Under the pieces are notes generated by a model. The model had not been told where the DNA came from, did not search any database, and saw only the letters and a list, made by a program, of their open reading frames with translations. A DNA stretch of 63,367 bases, counting the filler, from Guillardia theta CCMP2712 (Eukaryota > Protista > Cryptophyta): NCBI RefSeq assembly GCF_000315625.1. It is 5 parts of 5 records of this genome, joined end to end, with 100 filler letters (N's around TTAATTAATTAA, not from the genome) between each part and the next. Parts side by side here need not be neighbours in the genome. Positions count along the whole stretch, not along the records: positions 1 to 25,423 come from NW_005434605.1; positions 25,524 to 30,210 come from NW_005434158.1; positions 30,311 to 55,541 come from NW_005434563.1; 2 more parts are not named here. The stretch is one strand, 5' to 3'. Position numbers and translations under genes: made by a program. Each line of letters opens with the position of its first letter. The stretch's first letter is position 1. Positions 23,307-36,469 of this stretch are shown in pieces.

Positions 23307-25423
23307 ATGCTGAGGATAGGAGGGCGGGGAGCGAGAGGTTTGCGAAGAATGCAGAGGAGAGTGTCAGAAGAAGTGAGAGGAGGAAGTCAAACTGATGGAA
23401 TGAACTGATGTGAGAACATCACGACGACAAGATTGAAGGAGAAGATCGCAGCGGACGGAGAGGACGGGGCTTACAGTGAGTTGTTGGGAACTGTTTGTAC
23501 GCCTGGGTACAAACATCTCGAAAGAAAGAGCATGCAGACGGTATGAAAGAAGATCTTGGTAGTAAGAGTGAGAAAACGAGTTAGTTCGGGGAAGAGAGGC
23601 CTGCACTCGATCTGGTGAGGGACTCTGCTCTTGCATACAGGGTCTGCATAATGTCGAGCTCCCGAAGGAGGCAAAGAGGACATACAGGTCAAACCAACAA
23701 ATTCCACAAGGAGAAAGCAGAAGAGCAGGACGATAATCATGAAAACAAAGAAGCATCTCATCCTCCTGTACACGAGCGGCTCGAGGAGAACAGGCTAGTT
23801 GTTGGGTCACCAGCCAAGGCATCAACTTGGGAGAAGCGATCAAGGTCTGTGCGTTTCATTGACTGCCATCTTGCTCGTCCTTGCTGCCAGTCGTCGGACC
23901 TGACATGCTCTGTCTCAGCTCGAATAAGCGACAAACTCCGACGTGGAAGAGGAAGTTCAAGGTCGGGGATGAGCTGGAGAGGAACAAGAGGATAGAGCTT
24001 CACGCCAAGGTCACCTCCCTCTCGGGGAAGCTGAGGAAGGCGTTCCTAGCCTCAGACGAGAGTGGAGATTCCAAGTGAGTCGAGAGGAGGAGGCGAAGGA
24101 AGAGTGAGGGACGAGGAGAGAGGGCGGGCGGAAGTGTTGATATGTAGGCATAGAGGAGGAGCAAGGGCAGGGGCAGGGGCAGGGGCAGGAGCAGGAGATC
24201 TAAACACATTGTGCAGGCTGCAGCCAGACGAAGTGAAGGAGATGCTGCATAAGTGGGGAAAGGATCTCAAGGACGACGAGATCAGCCTGCTGGAGAATTT
24301 CCTGTGGAAGGCGGACAGGAACGGAGACGGGGTGCTGGAATATGATGAGTTTGTGAACCGCCTGGCGGAGTTTGAGCAGTCGCTGCAGTTCGACCGAGCC
24401 AACCAGGTGTCGCATGAGGCAATGACGGCGCTGGTGAACTCGAAACTTTGGAAGGAGATCGAGAGGAACAGGAGGGAGATCATCGCGGAGATGGCGAGGA
24501 GTGCGACGTCGGGGATCCGGTCCATGTCCAAGGGGGAGGTGTGGGAGGCGCTGGGGAGGGTGAAGGGGATGAAGTTCACGGACGAGATCAAGGAGTGGTT
24601 CATAGCAGCCGCCAACACGTGGGACGAGGAGAGGTTCAATGCTGGCTCGCTTTTCGATCGGTCCTCAGAAGCAGGAGGCTTCGACATCGCAAACTTCAAC
24701 TTCATGAGGGATACGGTAAAGGACCTGCGGCCAACGCACATGAGCCCTGAGAAGCTGGCTGAGTACAAGGCAAAGGCGCTGGCGCGGATGGAGAGAATGA
24801 GGCCAAAGATTGAGAATCTCATCTCAAAGCTCACGTTGCAGGTCGGAAACTCCCTCCACCGCGCCTTCCGCGCGCTCGATGACAACAAGACGGGCGTTCT
24901 GAACGCGGAGAAGATCTACAATGGCTTCAAGAGACATGGGGTGAAGATCAGCGAGGAGGAGGCGGGGGAGATCGTACAGGCGTGCGACATCAATGGGGAC
25001 GGGCACATCGAGCTGATCGACTTCCAGAACTTGTTCACGGATGAAGTGAAGGTGAGAGGAGGAAGCGGAGGGGCAGCAGCGGGAGTGCTGGGGGAGGAGC
25101 AAAAGCAGAAAAAGGCAAGAGATGGTAAAGGAGCAAGGGAGGAAGTTAGAGGAGGAATCAGAAGGGAGGAAGCAGAATGTAACTTTCCACCTCAACTTTA
25201 TGCCCTCAGGCTACAGTGGACGTGGATAGAAATCGCTCGCTCGTCGTCCGATCGGCCGCGATCCCGTCGCTCGTGCTGCAGCAGATGCGGGAGAACGGAG
25301 GGAAGACAGGCAGGTGCTGTGTGAACGCTTCCATCGCTGACCCGCGATGGAGCAGAGAGGAAGTGGTTTTCTCAGTTCCACCAGGGAGACTGGCAAGTTG
25401 CCTCCTTCCTACCCCCCTCGGCT
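23307..25423 (+). CDS. Multi-EF-hand calcium-binding protein (3' truncated at contig end; start approximate)
   Basis: EF loops DRNGDGVLEYDEF, DDNKTGVLNAEKI and DINGDGHIELIDF, plus AFLASDESGD. Confidence 0.8.
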
Positions 25424-25523
25424 NNNNNNNNNNNNNNNNNNNNNNNNNNNNNNNNNNNNNNNNNNNNTTAATTAATTAANNNNNNNNNNNNNNNNNNNNN
25501 NNNNNNNNNNNNNNNNNNNNNNN
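25424..25523. other. Artificial contig linker N44-TTAATTAATTAA-N44
   Basis: Six-frame stop spacer; identical structure occurs four times. Confidence 0.97.
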
Positions 25524-25906
25524 TACTGGGTAGACTTTCAGAACTTTTACTATAACTCTACTTATAAACCCTAAAACTTTCTAATTCCAAAAATACTTAT
25601 AAAGCATGGTATGGGCCCGCATCATTGGAGGGAGGGAGGGAGGGAGGGGAGGGAGGGAGAGATAAAGGGAAGGGAGGGACTAGAGGGAGGGACTAGAGGG
25701 AGGGATAGGTTGGCAGGGAGGGAGGGAGGGAGAGACAAGAGGGAGGGACAAGGCAGGGGAGGGGGGGGAGGGATGCAGGGAAGGAAGGACTAGAGGGAGG
25801 GATAGGTTGGCAGGCAGGGAGGGAGGGAAGGAGGGGGGTGTCCATGTTCCATACGCACATGCTGCTCAACTCATCAGATACACAAAATCAGCTCAACGTC
25901 ACCCAC

Positions 25907-27622
25907 TTATCCAACGTGTAAACAATCTCGACGGGGCGGCCTGAGCACGTGGGGTTGACACTGGAGGGCTGAGATCAATCTCACGAGTTTGCCAGGAATC
26001 GGCGAAGGAGGAGAAGGGAAGTTAGTAAGGCAGTAGACCGACATGTAATTGGTGCCTTGACTGGTATTGCTCGTGTCAAGCGGCAGACAACTTTGAGGCT
26101 TGCATGCTGAAGTGATGGCGGCTCCTGCTATCAGATGCTTTGAAAGAGTCAGGGTTGGCATGAGTGAAAGTATAAAACCTGCTGAATCACATTGGTACAC
26201 GTCGAATCACTGTAGAAATCTTGTATGATGAGAGAAGTACAGAGCTGTGCGTTGCTTTGAATCGCTAACTTCGTCATATTTTGATTCATTTGAGTGCATC
26301 TGCAGCAAACCAAGACAAGCGTCACAAGTCGAGGAGATCATGGACGAGTTCAAAAGCATCTCCAAGACGTACTGCTGCGACGTCGACGAAAACGTCTGAT
26401 TGGAATAACAGTTGGAACACTTGAAACTTCGTCAGACTCATGTAGACAGCGACGAAGTTGCATACGGTGCTGTCACGACAGTGAGACAATGCTCTGGTGC
26501 TGCAAGTGTAGCTCAAGTAGTCCTCACTTGACGGAAGAGCATCCGTGAAAATGTCCTGCATGCAATCAGGACGAGGAATCGTGTCACGGGTATCAAACCA
26601 TGTAGGGAATGCACTGCGATTGTCCAACCAGATGAATCGCGTTCAGATTGTTAACGCCACAACTGGTTGCCGTCTCTGAGAAGTAACTGTTGTGAGGTCA
26701 GTTCAAGCTCCAGAGCGAATAAAGAGTCTACAAGGTCGTGAGGTATGTCGCATCAGGCGTTAGCAAGGACGTCAACTGAGATGGATTTGAGAAGAGCTGG
26801 TTGGTACAAATCCTGTGATGCTTTTCTCAGAGAAAAGATGATCAGTAGACAGACAGGAACCTTGACTCATAATAGGTGATCTTGTTGAAGTAGGTCTTCT
26901 TCTGGCAATTGAGGGGTGTGCATGGTTGGTCGACCTTCATCAGCTGCAGCAAATTCCGTTGACAAGGTTGCCTCCTCCTCCATCACTCAACTCACGAGAG
27001 CATTCCTCGTGGCCTTGCGGTAGATGATCTCGTACGGGTTGGTCGAGCATGTGCTGTCGGTATACCTCTCGATCAGCATCCACTGAGTCGAACACTTGGC
27101 CAGACTGCATCTGCAAGTAGCTCAACAAGCGTGAGAGAGGAGCTGGGCGTACTTGGTGTATCTTCCCCCGCACGTCTCAAGCTCGCTCGTCCAATCGATC
27201 ACAGCTCCGCCTTGCGTGAGAGGACGAGCCCTGCCCAGTTCCTTGTGGTCACGAAGAGAGCAGAGGAGGTCTCATCATACCCCTGGAAGAAGTTGAACTG
27301 CTCTGCGGAGTACTGTCTGGATGCGCATGTCGGCTGTGTGCATGAGGAGCACGCGTTGTCAAGTTCGATCTGAACCCATGTAGGACAGGCGGCGGTGGAA
27401 GGAGTCTTGGAAGCAGCTGCGCACATCCTGCAGCACAGGAGTCACAGAAGGCGCTGGGGGTGCGAAGCACCAACCCTAACAGCCCCAGCATGTTGTTGGT
27501 CACTCTGAGAGCACTGGTAGTTCCACACACTGCCATCCTTCAGCCAATCGAGCACAGGAACCTCCAGCAGCAGACCTGCTCGTCAGCCTCAGGCAGCTCA
27601 GCAACGCCAGCCCGCGCGCCAT
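25907..27622 (-). CDS. Hypothetical Cys-rich protein built from many short exons
   Basis: ATG ~27622 downstream of TATAAA (~27704-27709, minus strand); successive GT-AG introns of ~45 nt; exons such as CTPLNCQKKTYFNKITYY and SACKPQSCLPLD. No family recognised. Confidence 0.45.
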
Positions 27623-27899
27623 GGCCTTGGCCGTCCCTCCCGCCATCCCTGGGCCTCACACCGGCGACCTTTAATTCCCAGGAGGCAACCGGAGGCTTCA
27701 GGGTTTATAGGCCCTCCCTCCTCCTTCCACCTCCCGCCCCCACCCTCCTCCCTTTCCCTAAACGACTCTTGGCGCTGCCAGGGGAAGCATGCTAGAGGAG
27801 GAGCAACGAGACTCTGAGAGGGGCTCTTGAGACCAGGATGACTCAGGCGGAGAGGTCAGAGGAACGCGGATCAAGCTCCTCATCGACTCGTGTAAGTTT

Positions 27900-29743
27900 T
27901 GTGTTGTGCGCTCATGCACATCGAGCGAGACTGCTGGAAGCGTCGAGAAGAGAGAAAAGGAGTCGATCGACTTGAATTCTATGCTCTATTCTTGCATCGT
28001 TGCAGGAAAAAATAAGCATCTTCACGCCCTACGGGATCTAAACTCACCACCTCCCATTCAGGAGCCCCATGATCATTCANNNNNNNNNNNNNNNNNNNNN
28101 NNNNNNNNNNNNNNNNNNNNNNNNNNNNNNNNNNNNNNNNNNNNNNNNNNNNNNNNNNNNNNNNNNNNNNNNNNNNNNNNNNNNNNNNNNNNNNNNNNNN
28201 NNNNNNNNNNNNNNNNNNNNNNNNNNNNNNNNNNNNNNNNNNNNNNNNNNNNNNNNNNNNNNNNNNNNNNNNNNNNNNNNNNNNNNNNNNNNNNNNNNNN
28301 NNNNNNNNNNNNNNNNNNNNNNNNNNNNNNNNNNNNNNNNNNNNNNNNNNNNNNNNNNNNNNNNNNNNNNNNNNNNNNNNNNNNNNNNNNNNNNNNNNNN
28401 NNNNNNNNNNNNNNNNNNNNNNNNNNNNNNNNNNNNNNNNNNNNNNNNNNNNNNNNNNNNNNNNNNNNNNNNGATCGATGAGGTAGAACAGTTGCGCACA
28501 TGGTTGACTTCGGTTGACTTCTATAGCTTCACATCGGTCCGCCTCCTTCGGTGCTGGTACGTTGGCTGCTGCAGGTGCTCTAGGTCGCTCCTGTTGTTCT
28601 TCGGCCTCGGCTTCTGCACACTAGAATTCAGAGCAATCTCATCAAAGCAGAGGCAGGACCAGCATGATGGCATAAGCCGGATCTTCGGAGATCAGATCTG
28701 CTGTATCCTCTCCTCCACCGCTTCTGCCTCCGCCGCCGCCGCTCGATCGAGCTCCTCATACATGACGATGTCGTGTTCAGAAGACTGGGGCGGATGATCC
28801 TGCACTTCAGAAACAGGGCCTGACTGTTCGTCATTTAAGAAAGTGAACGAAAGAGGCGCATGCTCAGAGCGAGTGGTAGCAGAAGATCGGTCGAGGGTTT
28901 CGTACCCGGGTTCACCAATCCTTTCACCAATCACATTGCCCCTGTTCTGATTCGTGCTCCTCATGAAGTCGTTGGCAGATATTCGGCTCCCTGATTGAGC
29001 CAACGCATTCACTTCTCGTCGCCGACTTGGCTGGTTGGCATCAAAATCCTCCTGATTGCTGATTTCGTCGTCCATAGGATCATTTGCAATCAACTGAAGT
29101 CTTTTCCTGGATTTCTCCAGCTCGGCCATGGCCTTTTGCCTCTTCTTCTCTAGATCTGAGCACATGCCCCCAAGAACACAGAGATTGTGCGGACCAAATA
29201 GAGCCACACCGCGTCTCATCTCAAAATCCTTGACAAGTACTTTCACACCCGCGGGAGAATTCACGCTCAAATCTCGGATCTCATTCAACTCCAACCCACA
29301 AATATTTTCGGTTCCATCCGTGAGAAGTAGTTTCAACATCCTTCCTCTCGTATCTGCCAATCGGTGCTCATTCGGCTCTGAGATGTTGATGACTTCGTCG
29401 ATCTGAAAATGCTGTTTCACACAGCGACCAACTCGGTCATTTTATTCTTACCTGGAGCACGAATGTTCCGCTCACTGTTTGCTTGTGCATAGACCTTATC
29501 CCAGGAGGCAGACAAGCTCTGCCTGACAGTCTGAGATCGGAGTAGAGCGCGAGCTCATAGAGTTCTTTGTCGGCATCTCTCCCCGTTCTTCTACATGCTC
29601 GATGTGCCTGCAAGCATTCTCATCTCACACAGCGGTAGTGAAGACCTCACCTGTCGCAGCCAGCCATCCTCGAGATGAAAGCCAAGAGACTTGAGACTTG
29701 CTCCCAGGCTCCCAGCCCCACCATCGGCGCCCTCCACTCGCAT
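27900..29743 (-). CDS. RMI1: RecQ-mediated genome instability protein 1 (RMI1-type DUF1767 + OB fold); spans an N gap
   Basis: GFHLEDGWL...LYSDLR...LPP...SGTFVLQIDEVINISEP...RMLKLLLTDG...GLELNEIRDLSVNSPAGVKVLV...RRGVALFGPHNLCVLGG. TDRD3 shares this domain and is not fully excluded. Confidence 0.75.
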
Positions 29744-29780
29744 CCATGTTATCCAATAGTCCACATCTGACCCCACAAGA

Positions 29781-29831
29781 TTTCCCGCCAAGTGACTTCC
29801 GGAGCTCGACGGTTACAACGGTTTAACGGTT
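29781..29831. promoter_or_regulatory. E2F-like site plus three (A)ACGGTT MYB/MSA-like sites in a short divergent promoter
   Basis: TTTCCCGCCA at 29781-29790; ACGGTT/AACGGTT at 29809, 29817 and 29825. Confidence 0.55.
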
Positions 29832-29899
29832 ATCATTCAGTCACGGCGCCGCCTGGCCACTACTCTGGCCACTACTTCACTTTTCGGGGAAGAGGGGGG

Positions 29900-30210
29900 A
29901 TGAGGTTAGGGGCAATGAGTCATGCCGGGGAGGCGGGAAGGGAGCGCGAGCAGTTGAAGGAGGAGATAAAAGAGAGTTGATCTTGTTGTGTGTATGTTTG
30001 ATTTCAGTTGATGGTTGTTCCTGCATTCTTGTCTCTCGTTTTCTAGTGCATTTGCTCTCACTGTTGATGTGGGTCACTCTCGCTTTTTCAAACGCAAGCT
30101 GAACCTTTTGTGATGTTGAATCTTTGACATGGTTCTTTTTCTTTCGCAGAATCTTTCCGTCAGAATGGATGGGCGAAGAAGAGATGTTTCCAGGCACACT
30201 CCAACTCGAC
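29900..30210 (+). CDS. 5' fragment of an unknown gene divergent from RMI1
   Basis: MRLGAMSHAGEAGREREQLKEEIKE followed by a GT donor; truncated by the linker. Confidence 0.3.
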
Positions 30211-30310
30211 NNNNNNNNNNNNNNNNNNNNNNNNNNNNNNNNNNNNNNNNNNNNTTAATTAATTAANNNNNNNNNNNNNNNNNNNNNNNNNNNNNNNNNN
30301 NNNNNNNNNN
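30211..30310. other. Artificial contig linker
   Basis: N44-TTAATTAATTAA-N44. Confidence 0.97.
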
Positions 30311-30470
30311 GAAAAGTTTCAACTCCCTCCAACAAAGTATATAATGGAAATATCACTCGTCCTAGCAAAGACCTGACTCGCTTGCGTGCATGAAATGCGT
30401 TTGCTGCTGGTGCTTCTGTAAGATCCGATCCAGAGTTGCTGCACGAGTGTGAAAATGGGACGGGGAAAGG

Positions 30471-30559
<89 letters not shown>

Positions 30560-33500
30560 CCAACCTGCAACATAGTAGCGAGCGAGAGTGACATGCTTCC
30601 ATGTTGAGAAGGAAGTTCCAGTCAACCTGTAAAGATGTCTCGATCGCTGGAAGGGGTATCGTCTACGCAAGCAAAGATCCCGTGATGTCGTTCTTCTCCA
30701 CTCGTCTCCAGCAGGGTCAGAAGCTTCTTTACACAACTTTCCTCACCGTAAAATCTCTTGACTGATCTCTTCATTGATGACAACCTGACTTGATTTCTCA
30801 CATTCGTCACCTTACAAGACTGGGCAGGCAAGTCAGGTGAACAAAAAATACTTCATGTCTGCAACCTCGCCGAACAAGACAGCAAAGCACTGAGACAAGT
30901 GCTGTTTCCTTGCGACCCTTGCTAGGTACTCGCAGAAACTGTTCGATAAGTTGCTCATCTCGACCATTTGTTTCCAACCCTTCCATATTGCTACTACCAT
31001 GATCGTCTCCAGCGCCATCTGATTTCTCCGGCACATCTCTGCAAACATATCAGCAGAGGGTTACGGGAGAAGGTCAAGTCTGCCTTACCTCGAAACTTGT
31101 AGTTCTTCTCCTTCAAGCTAATGACTGAGACCCAATCGGAGAACAACCTCCTTACTCTATTGTTGCAGTTTCTCTGGGATATGACGAAGTTGCATCTGGT
31201 ATGAGTCAGTGCTACTTGTAGCAAGCAAGGACGCTCATCACCTTGACAGCCTTCGCTCTTGTTGCTGCACCAGGATCCAAGCAGTCAATGTGGATATTCT
31301 CACGCGCCTCCTCCTCTCCATGGTGTGAATGGTCGAGACCTTCTTCATCGCCGTCCTCGAGCGCCATGTCGACAACGCACGGACGACGAGAGCCTGCTGG
31401 CTGTGCCACCTGCTCCTCAGGTAGTCTGTACGAGACGTCAGAGAGCAGTCGCGCAGAGTCACATGGCTTCTTGTCACATGGCTGAGACGTGAGGAGCGAC
31501 GCGCGTTGAGCTCGGCGAGTCTGCTGGAGGGAGAGCCACTTGGCCATGCAGGAGGTCAAGAAGAACTTGCGAGCCATGCGGTGAAGCAGACGAGACAGCC
31601 TGAGGCGAGTCACTGACAGCTCATGACAGCTCCTGCTCACCTCCTCTTCTGTTGCTGATCTGCCCAGACGCTCCTCCATGCCAGCAGCGTCTCCTTGGCA
31701 CGGGCCACTTGCCGCTGGCCAATGCGGGTGAGGGACGCTTGTCTTGTCTCGGCACGACGTCCCCAGGCCTGCAGGCTGCTCCTTGTCACGGACTTCTGGT
31801 GCTTGCGAGCAGCAGCTGAGCGTCTCGTCAGTGCAGGAGGAATGAGCAGTATGAGCCCTCACATGTCACGAGTGTCCTCAGGTGCAAACACTCGGAAAGA
31901 ATCACAACAACTCGCCGCATCGTCAACAAATTTCTCCTCCTCTTCAGACCAGCAATCCTCCGAGCTTGACCCGCACATTCCCCAGCAGCCTCGGCCCATC
32001 CTCTCATGACTCGAGCTGACAACGAACTCCGCAACCTTGACGATCATCACGACACATCAAGTCAGATCCTCCTGCCTCACCTTCTCTCAATCATCTTGGC
32101 AACTTCTCGAAGATGTTCTCCATGCTCTGACTGCTCACTCGCTGTCAGCATACACAGCTGCAAGGCTCAGACACTTTCCTGCGCCACCAGGAGGTAGAAG
32201 CAGCCTCGCAGGACTTGCGCGTTCCTCCTTAGGCTCCAACCCCGCAGACAGGAAGAGACTCTGAGGAATGTCAGTTGCATCCATCTGCTCGGAACGAGAG
32301 CTCATATTCTACCTCCTCAGCTTCCTCACGTGCTCCAGCCATGCCCACAGGACCACGAAAGACAAGCGCTGAGCGCGAACCTCCCACAGCCACACGGCCT
32401 TTCTCGTCTGCATCCTCGTCGCCATCGCTCGTTGCTGCAGTCTCTCGAACCCTCGTTGCATCAGCGTCCTCCCGTAGCTCAGAGTCGGGCTCCTCCTCCT
32501 CCTCCCGCCATCAGCCCAGCTCTCATTGGACAGCAGAACAGCAGCATAGCACAGCTTCAGACTCACTCCGGCCCTGCTGGCCTGAGAGGCCCTGCAGAGC
32601 AGCAGCAGGCATTGACGCCTCCAACGGTGGAAGCAAGAAGCAGCAGGTCGCTTGCTCACGAACAGCCTAATCCTCGTCTCTTTCCTCGTCAACCTCCTCC
32701 AATGCATCACCATCCACATCCTGATCACCTTCAAGTACTTTGACTCGAACCATATCAACCTCTCAACGTCTGCCTCGCTGCTTCCCACCTCCTTCCTCCT
32801 CCCCTGCGCCGGCGCTTGATTGCTCACAGGAGATCTCTTGCTCTGCCTTCTCGGCACACGCGCCTGATTCTTCGACCCCTCCCGAGCTGGGGTTTGAGCT
32901 GGACGCGCCTTTGGGGACCTCTGGATGTTGTCAGCTGGGGAGATCTGGTCAGCGAGGAGGTCGGAGAGGCTCAGGGCCTCAGCCCGGCCCTCGGGGGCAG
33001 CCACGTAGTCTTCTCTCGCGATGATGCTGAGCCGGCTGAGAGCTGGGCCTCTCGTCGGCATCAAGGTCTCTGCCTCTGCTTCCCATCGCCAGCCGTTGGT
33101 AGGCGTGGAGGGCTCGTCCCGGCTGTAGGTCAGGGGCGAGTGATACAACCTAGTGCTCTCCTCATCGACGCTCTCAACCTGCGGGAGAAGCTTGACGAGG
33201 CTGGGCATGTACGCGTGCTCGCCCGTCAACGGGTTGTTGTGGCAAGTGATGGACACGAGCTTGAGGTTGAGGGAGAGTAAGCGAAGGTCGTTGACGCTCG
33301 TGATGGAGTTGTTGTCGAGGTTGAGGTACCTCAGCGATGGTATGTGGGAGAAGTCTTGAAGGCCAGCAAGCCTGTTGAAGGACAGGTTGAGGAATCTGCG
33401 GCAAGGTGTGAGTACATGGACGCAGAAGAAGCGAGCTATGGACATGATCTTAGTGTTCTTTCTGAGATCGCGACAGGCATCTTCTAGCTGGTTGTTAGAA

Positions 33501-36272
33501 GCATTCAAGTTCTCTAGGAGCAAAAGAGTTTGGATGCCATGGAGGCTGCTCAGGCAGTTATGAGAGCAGTTGAGGTATCTGACGCCCAGCAGACGTCAGT
33601 CCGGAGCTGAGAAGAGCAAGGCAGGACAGAACCTTATGGAGGAGGGGAGGTGGCTCAGAGAAGAGATCTGATTGTGAGATATGTTGATGGTGTGCAGGTT
33701 GTGAAAGCGCTCAAGCACAGGGATCTGGCGAGTGACCTCGTCGTCAGCAGCTGCAGAATGGGCAGCTTCTCCTCCTTCTCCTCCTCTTTCTCCTCCTCTT
33801 TCTCTTTCTCCTCCTCCTCGTCCTCCTCACCTTCGTAAGGTTGCGATGATCGAAGTCGATCTCAGTCACCCTTGACGTCAAGCTCTCCATCCTATCATCG
33901 CTCTGCCAACAACGTCAGCACCTCCTTCAGCGCGCATGTAACATGGCATGCCTGCTCCCTGGCAGAGACGCTTCCTTCCGCTCTTGCCTGGTCGAGCTCG
34001 AGGGCCATCTTGCTGTCCTTGACCGCAGAGACTTCGAGGAAGGTGCTGGAGCGAGGGGGAGAGGAGACTGTGGTCATGTTCCGACGCCTCCTCCCGGTCT
34101 CAAAGGCAGCCCACAGGGAGGGCAAGCGAGTCTGGTGGAGCCCCCGCCACTTCCAGTCGAAGGCCTCGTAGGTTCGGATGATGCTGTCCTTGTGCGCCTT
34201 GACGAACGAGAGGATGTACTGAGCATGCTGTCAACGCAGAAGGCGGCAACAGGAGCGGGTTTGAGCAAGAAGAAGAGGAAGAAAGGAAGGAGAGCAGGAC
34301 CAGGACAAGGAGGTTCAGTCTTCACCTCGAACGAGGCCGCGTTTCCCTTCACTACACTCTCAGAGTTCCAGGAGTGATACCGAGTGTCCTCGCACTCGAC
34401 CATCCTCTTCAAGATCTGCGAGAAGTTCACGAGGGGGGGGAGGGATTCCGGGGCGTTACCTGATCGAGGAGCGCCTGCTTGCTGTCCAGCCAAGAGTTCA
34501 AGGGGTAGTGAGGCGAGCTTCCGTGAAACCCCTCGTTGCTGGCCATGCATCGAAGAACTTGCTCGTGATCTTGCAGAAACTTCACACAGTCCGGGGTGAA
34601 CTGCTCGTTCCTGCACTAGTGTCAGTCAAGTTGCACACGGCAGCGAGCCAGCATGCCTCTTCATCACATCCTCGATCATGCTCGACAGAATTTCTCCCAG
34701 CAGCATCTTCAAGATCGCTGCTGTCATCCGCTTTCCGACTTTCTTGGAGAAGAACTTGGACCAGTTCTTGAAGAGAGCGCGAAGAGGGCGGGGGGGGTCT
34801 TCGATACAGACAATCTCAGTTCTGACCTGAAACCCCTGACCTCGTACCTGAGTTGAGGACCCGTGAAAGCAGCCGGTCTAACGAGCCTTTCAGCCCTGTC
34901 GTTGTTGCTGTGAAGGGCCCTTGCAATCCACGTGCTATAGGAGCAAGCAACGACTCCAAGTATTCTCCGCTGCATGCTCTGAGAGGATAAGTCAGACGGG
35001 TCTGACTGTGTTTGAACAGTGCGTACTTGGTGTAGGCAAGAATCATACTCTTGATGATGGAATCATCTAACCAGCCCGTCAGCCATGCGTCTGCCTCCCT
35101 CCCTTCTCCAATCTCACTTCTCAACGTCTCCTTGGCCTTCACCGAGCCCCGGCCCCACAGCTTCTCAGCGCAGTTAGTCAGCAGATGCTCCATCTGCCCG
35201 TTTGCTTGGAAGACTTGCACGAGAGAAGAAGTCAATCGCTCCTCGCTCCCTTGCTCTGTTGCTCTCGCTCAGCCACATCATCGCAGTCAGAAGCAGGCGC
35301 GACTGCTCTGACCTTGCAAAGCAGCGACGACTTGGAGGATTGAGAACATGATGGGCAGGTCTTCCCCGTAGAAGAGGAGGTCACATACACCCCCGAAGAT
35401 CTGCACAGACTCGTCCATCTTCCTCGAAGCAGACGAGTTGAGGGAGATCTCAGTGCTGGCACAAGCGTGTCATACATCAAGCTGCCTATCGCTCCTCTAG
35501 CCCTCCCCCGTCTCTCTCACCATGCTTTGCCGTGTCCACCTGCCGCGTCGGCCAGCAGCGAAGCTCGAGCTGCCCTCTCTTCAGAGCTCACATCCTCCCT
35601 CCCCCCCTCGCCTCCTCCCTCTCCCCCTCGCCTCCTCCCTCTCCCCCTTGCCTCCTCTCTCTCCCCCTCGCCTGGTCCCTCTGATCCTCACCTGGTCTGG
35701 TCGGAGCTCCCAGCGACAGCGCCATCCGTGTGATGACATCGTTGTGCAGCCCCGGAATCTCCTCCGATGATGCGTCGGGACGCGAGAAGGGAGAGGCCCA
35801 CGGGCTGCTTATCCTCGCTCGCGGAGGGGTCACCCTGCTCTGTCGCCCTTGAGGAAGCAGACCAGGAGAGCCGGACTTAGACACTGGAGTGCTCGGGACC
35901 GCGAGCATGGCCTGCTCCCCCGTCATGCCCATCACCTCAGTATCCTGGGAAGGACGCATTTCCACTGGAGAGTAGGGCTCTTCCAACTCCATGATCTGTG
36001 GGTCCAGAAGGAAGGGACCCTCGACGCTGCTGAGACGAGGCGAAGAAAGAGCTTTGAGGGAGGGGGTCTCAACGCAGCCCACTCATCAACTCTCTCCTGC
36101 TCTCCTTCACTGGAGGGATAGTTCTTGCATACCAGTGGGGCAGCGGCAGGTGTCTTGTCTCTCAGACCACATGTACATCGCTTCTACAGCAAGCCCCAGC
36201 CCGATCCATGCTTGTCTCTGACCTAAGCTGCTGCCATGTCGCCGGCGGTTCCTGCAGCAACCTCGAGGCCAT
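30311..36272 (-). CDS. Large multi-exon protein with SDS22-like LRRs, LRR cap and Sfi1-like Trp/Arg helical repeats (probable basal-body/centriole protein); may be two genes
   Basis: LRRs LHTINISHNQISSL, LENLNASNNQL, FLNLSFNRLAGL, LRYLNLDNNSI; cap NNPL...YMPSLVKLLPQVESVD; downstream CFHRWRR, LWAWLEH, CMAKWLS, LFSDWVS, IWKGWKQ. An in-frame splice can join the upstream 33.9-36.3 kb exons. Confidence 0.65.
30475..30558. repeat. (CAG)28 microsatellite (probably intronic)
   Basis: Perfect triplet run. Confidence 0.9.
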
Positions 36273-36469
36273 CAGCTGCTCTCTTCTCCCAGCATCGCCA
36301 TCAGCTTCAGTCTCGCGCGTGTTGGCATGGAGAAGCGCTCACAGCAGGCAAGGGATCAGGGCGCACCATGCAGGAGGACTGAGCGCGAGGGCCTGGCCAG
36401 GGGAGCAGCAGCAGCAGGGCCGCCTCAGTGCAGATCATTCAGCGCGGCCCGCCCCGTCAACTGCAAGTC

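Noticed and set aside
25468-25479. TTAATTAATTAA recurring four times as a possible biological site (e.g. piggyBac/PacI)
   Set aside because: Always centred in exactly 44+44 Ns, so it is an artificial six-frame-stop contig joiner.
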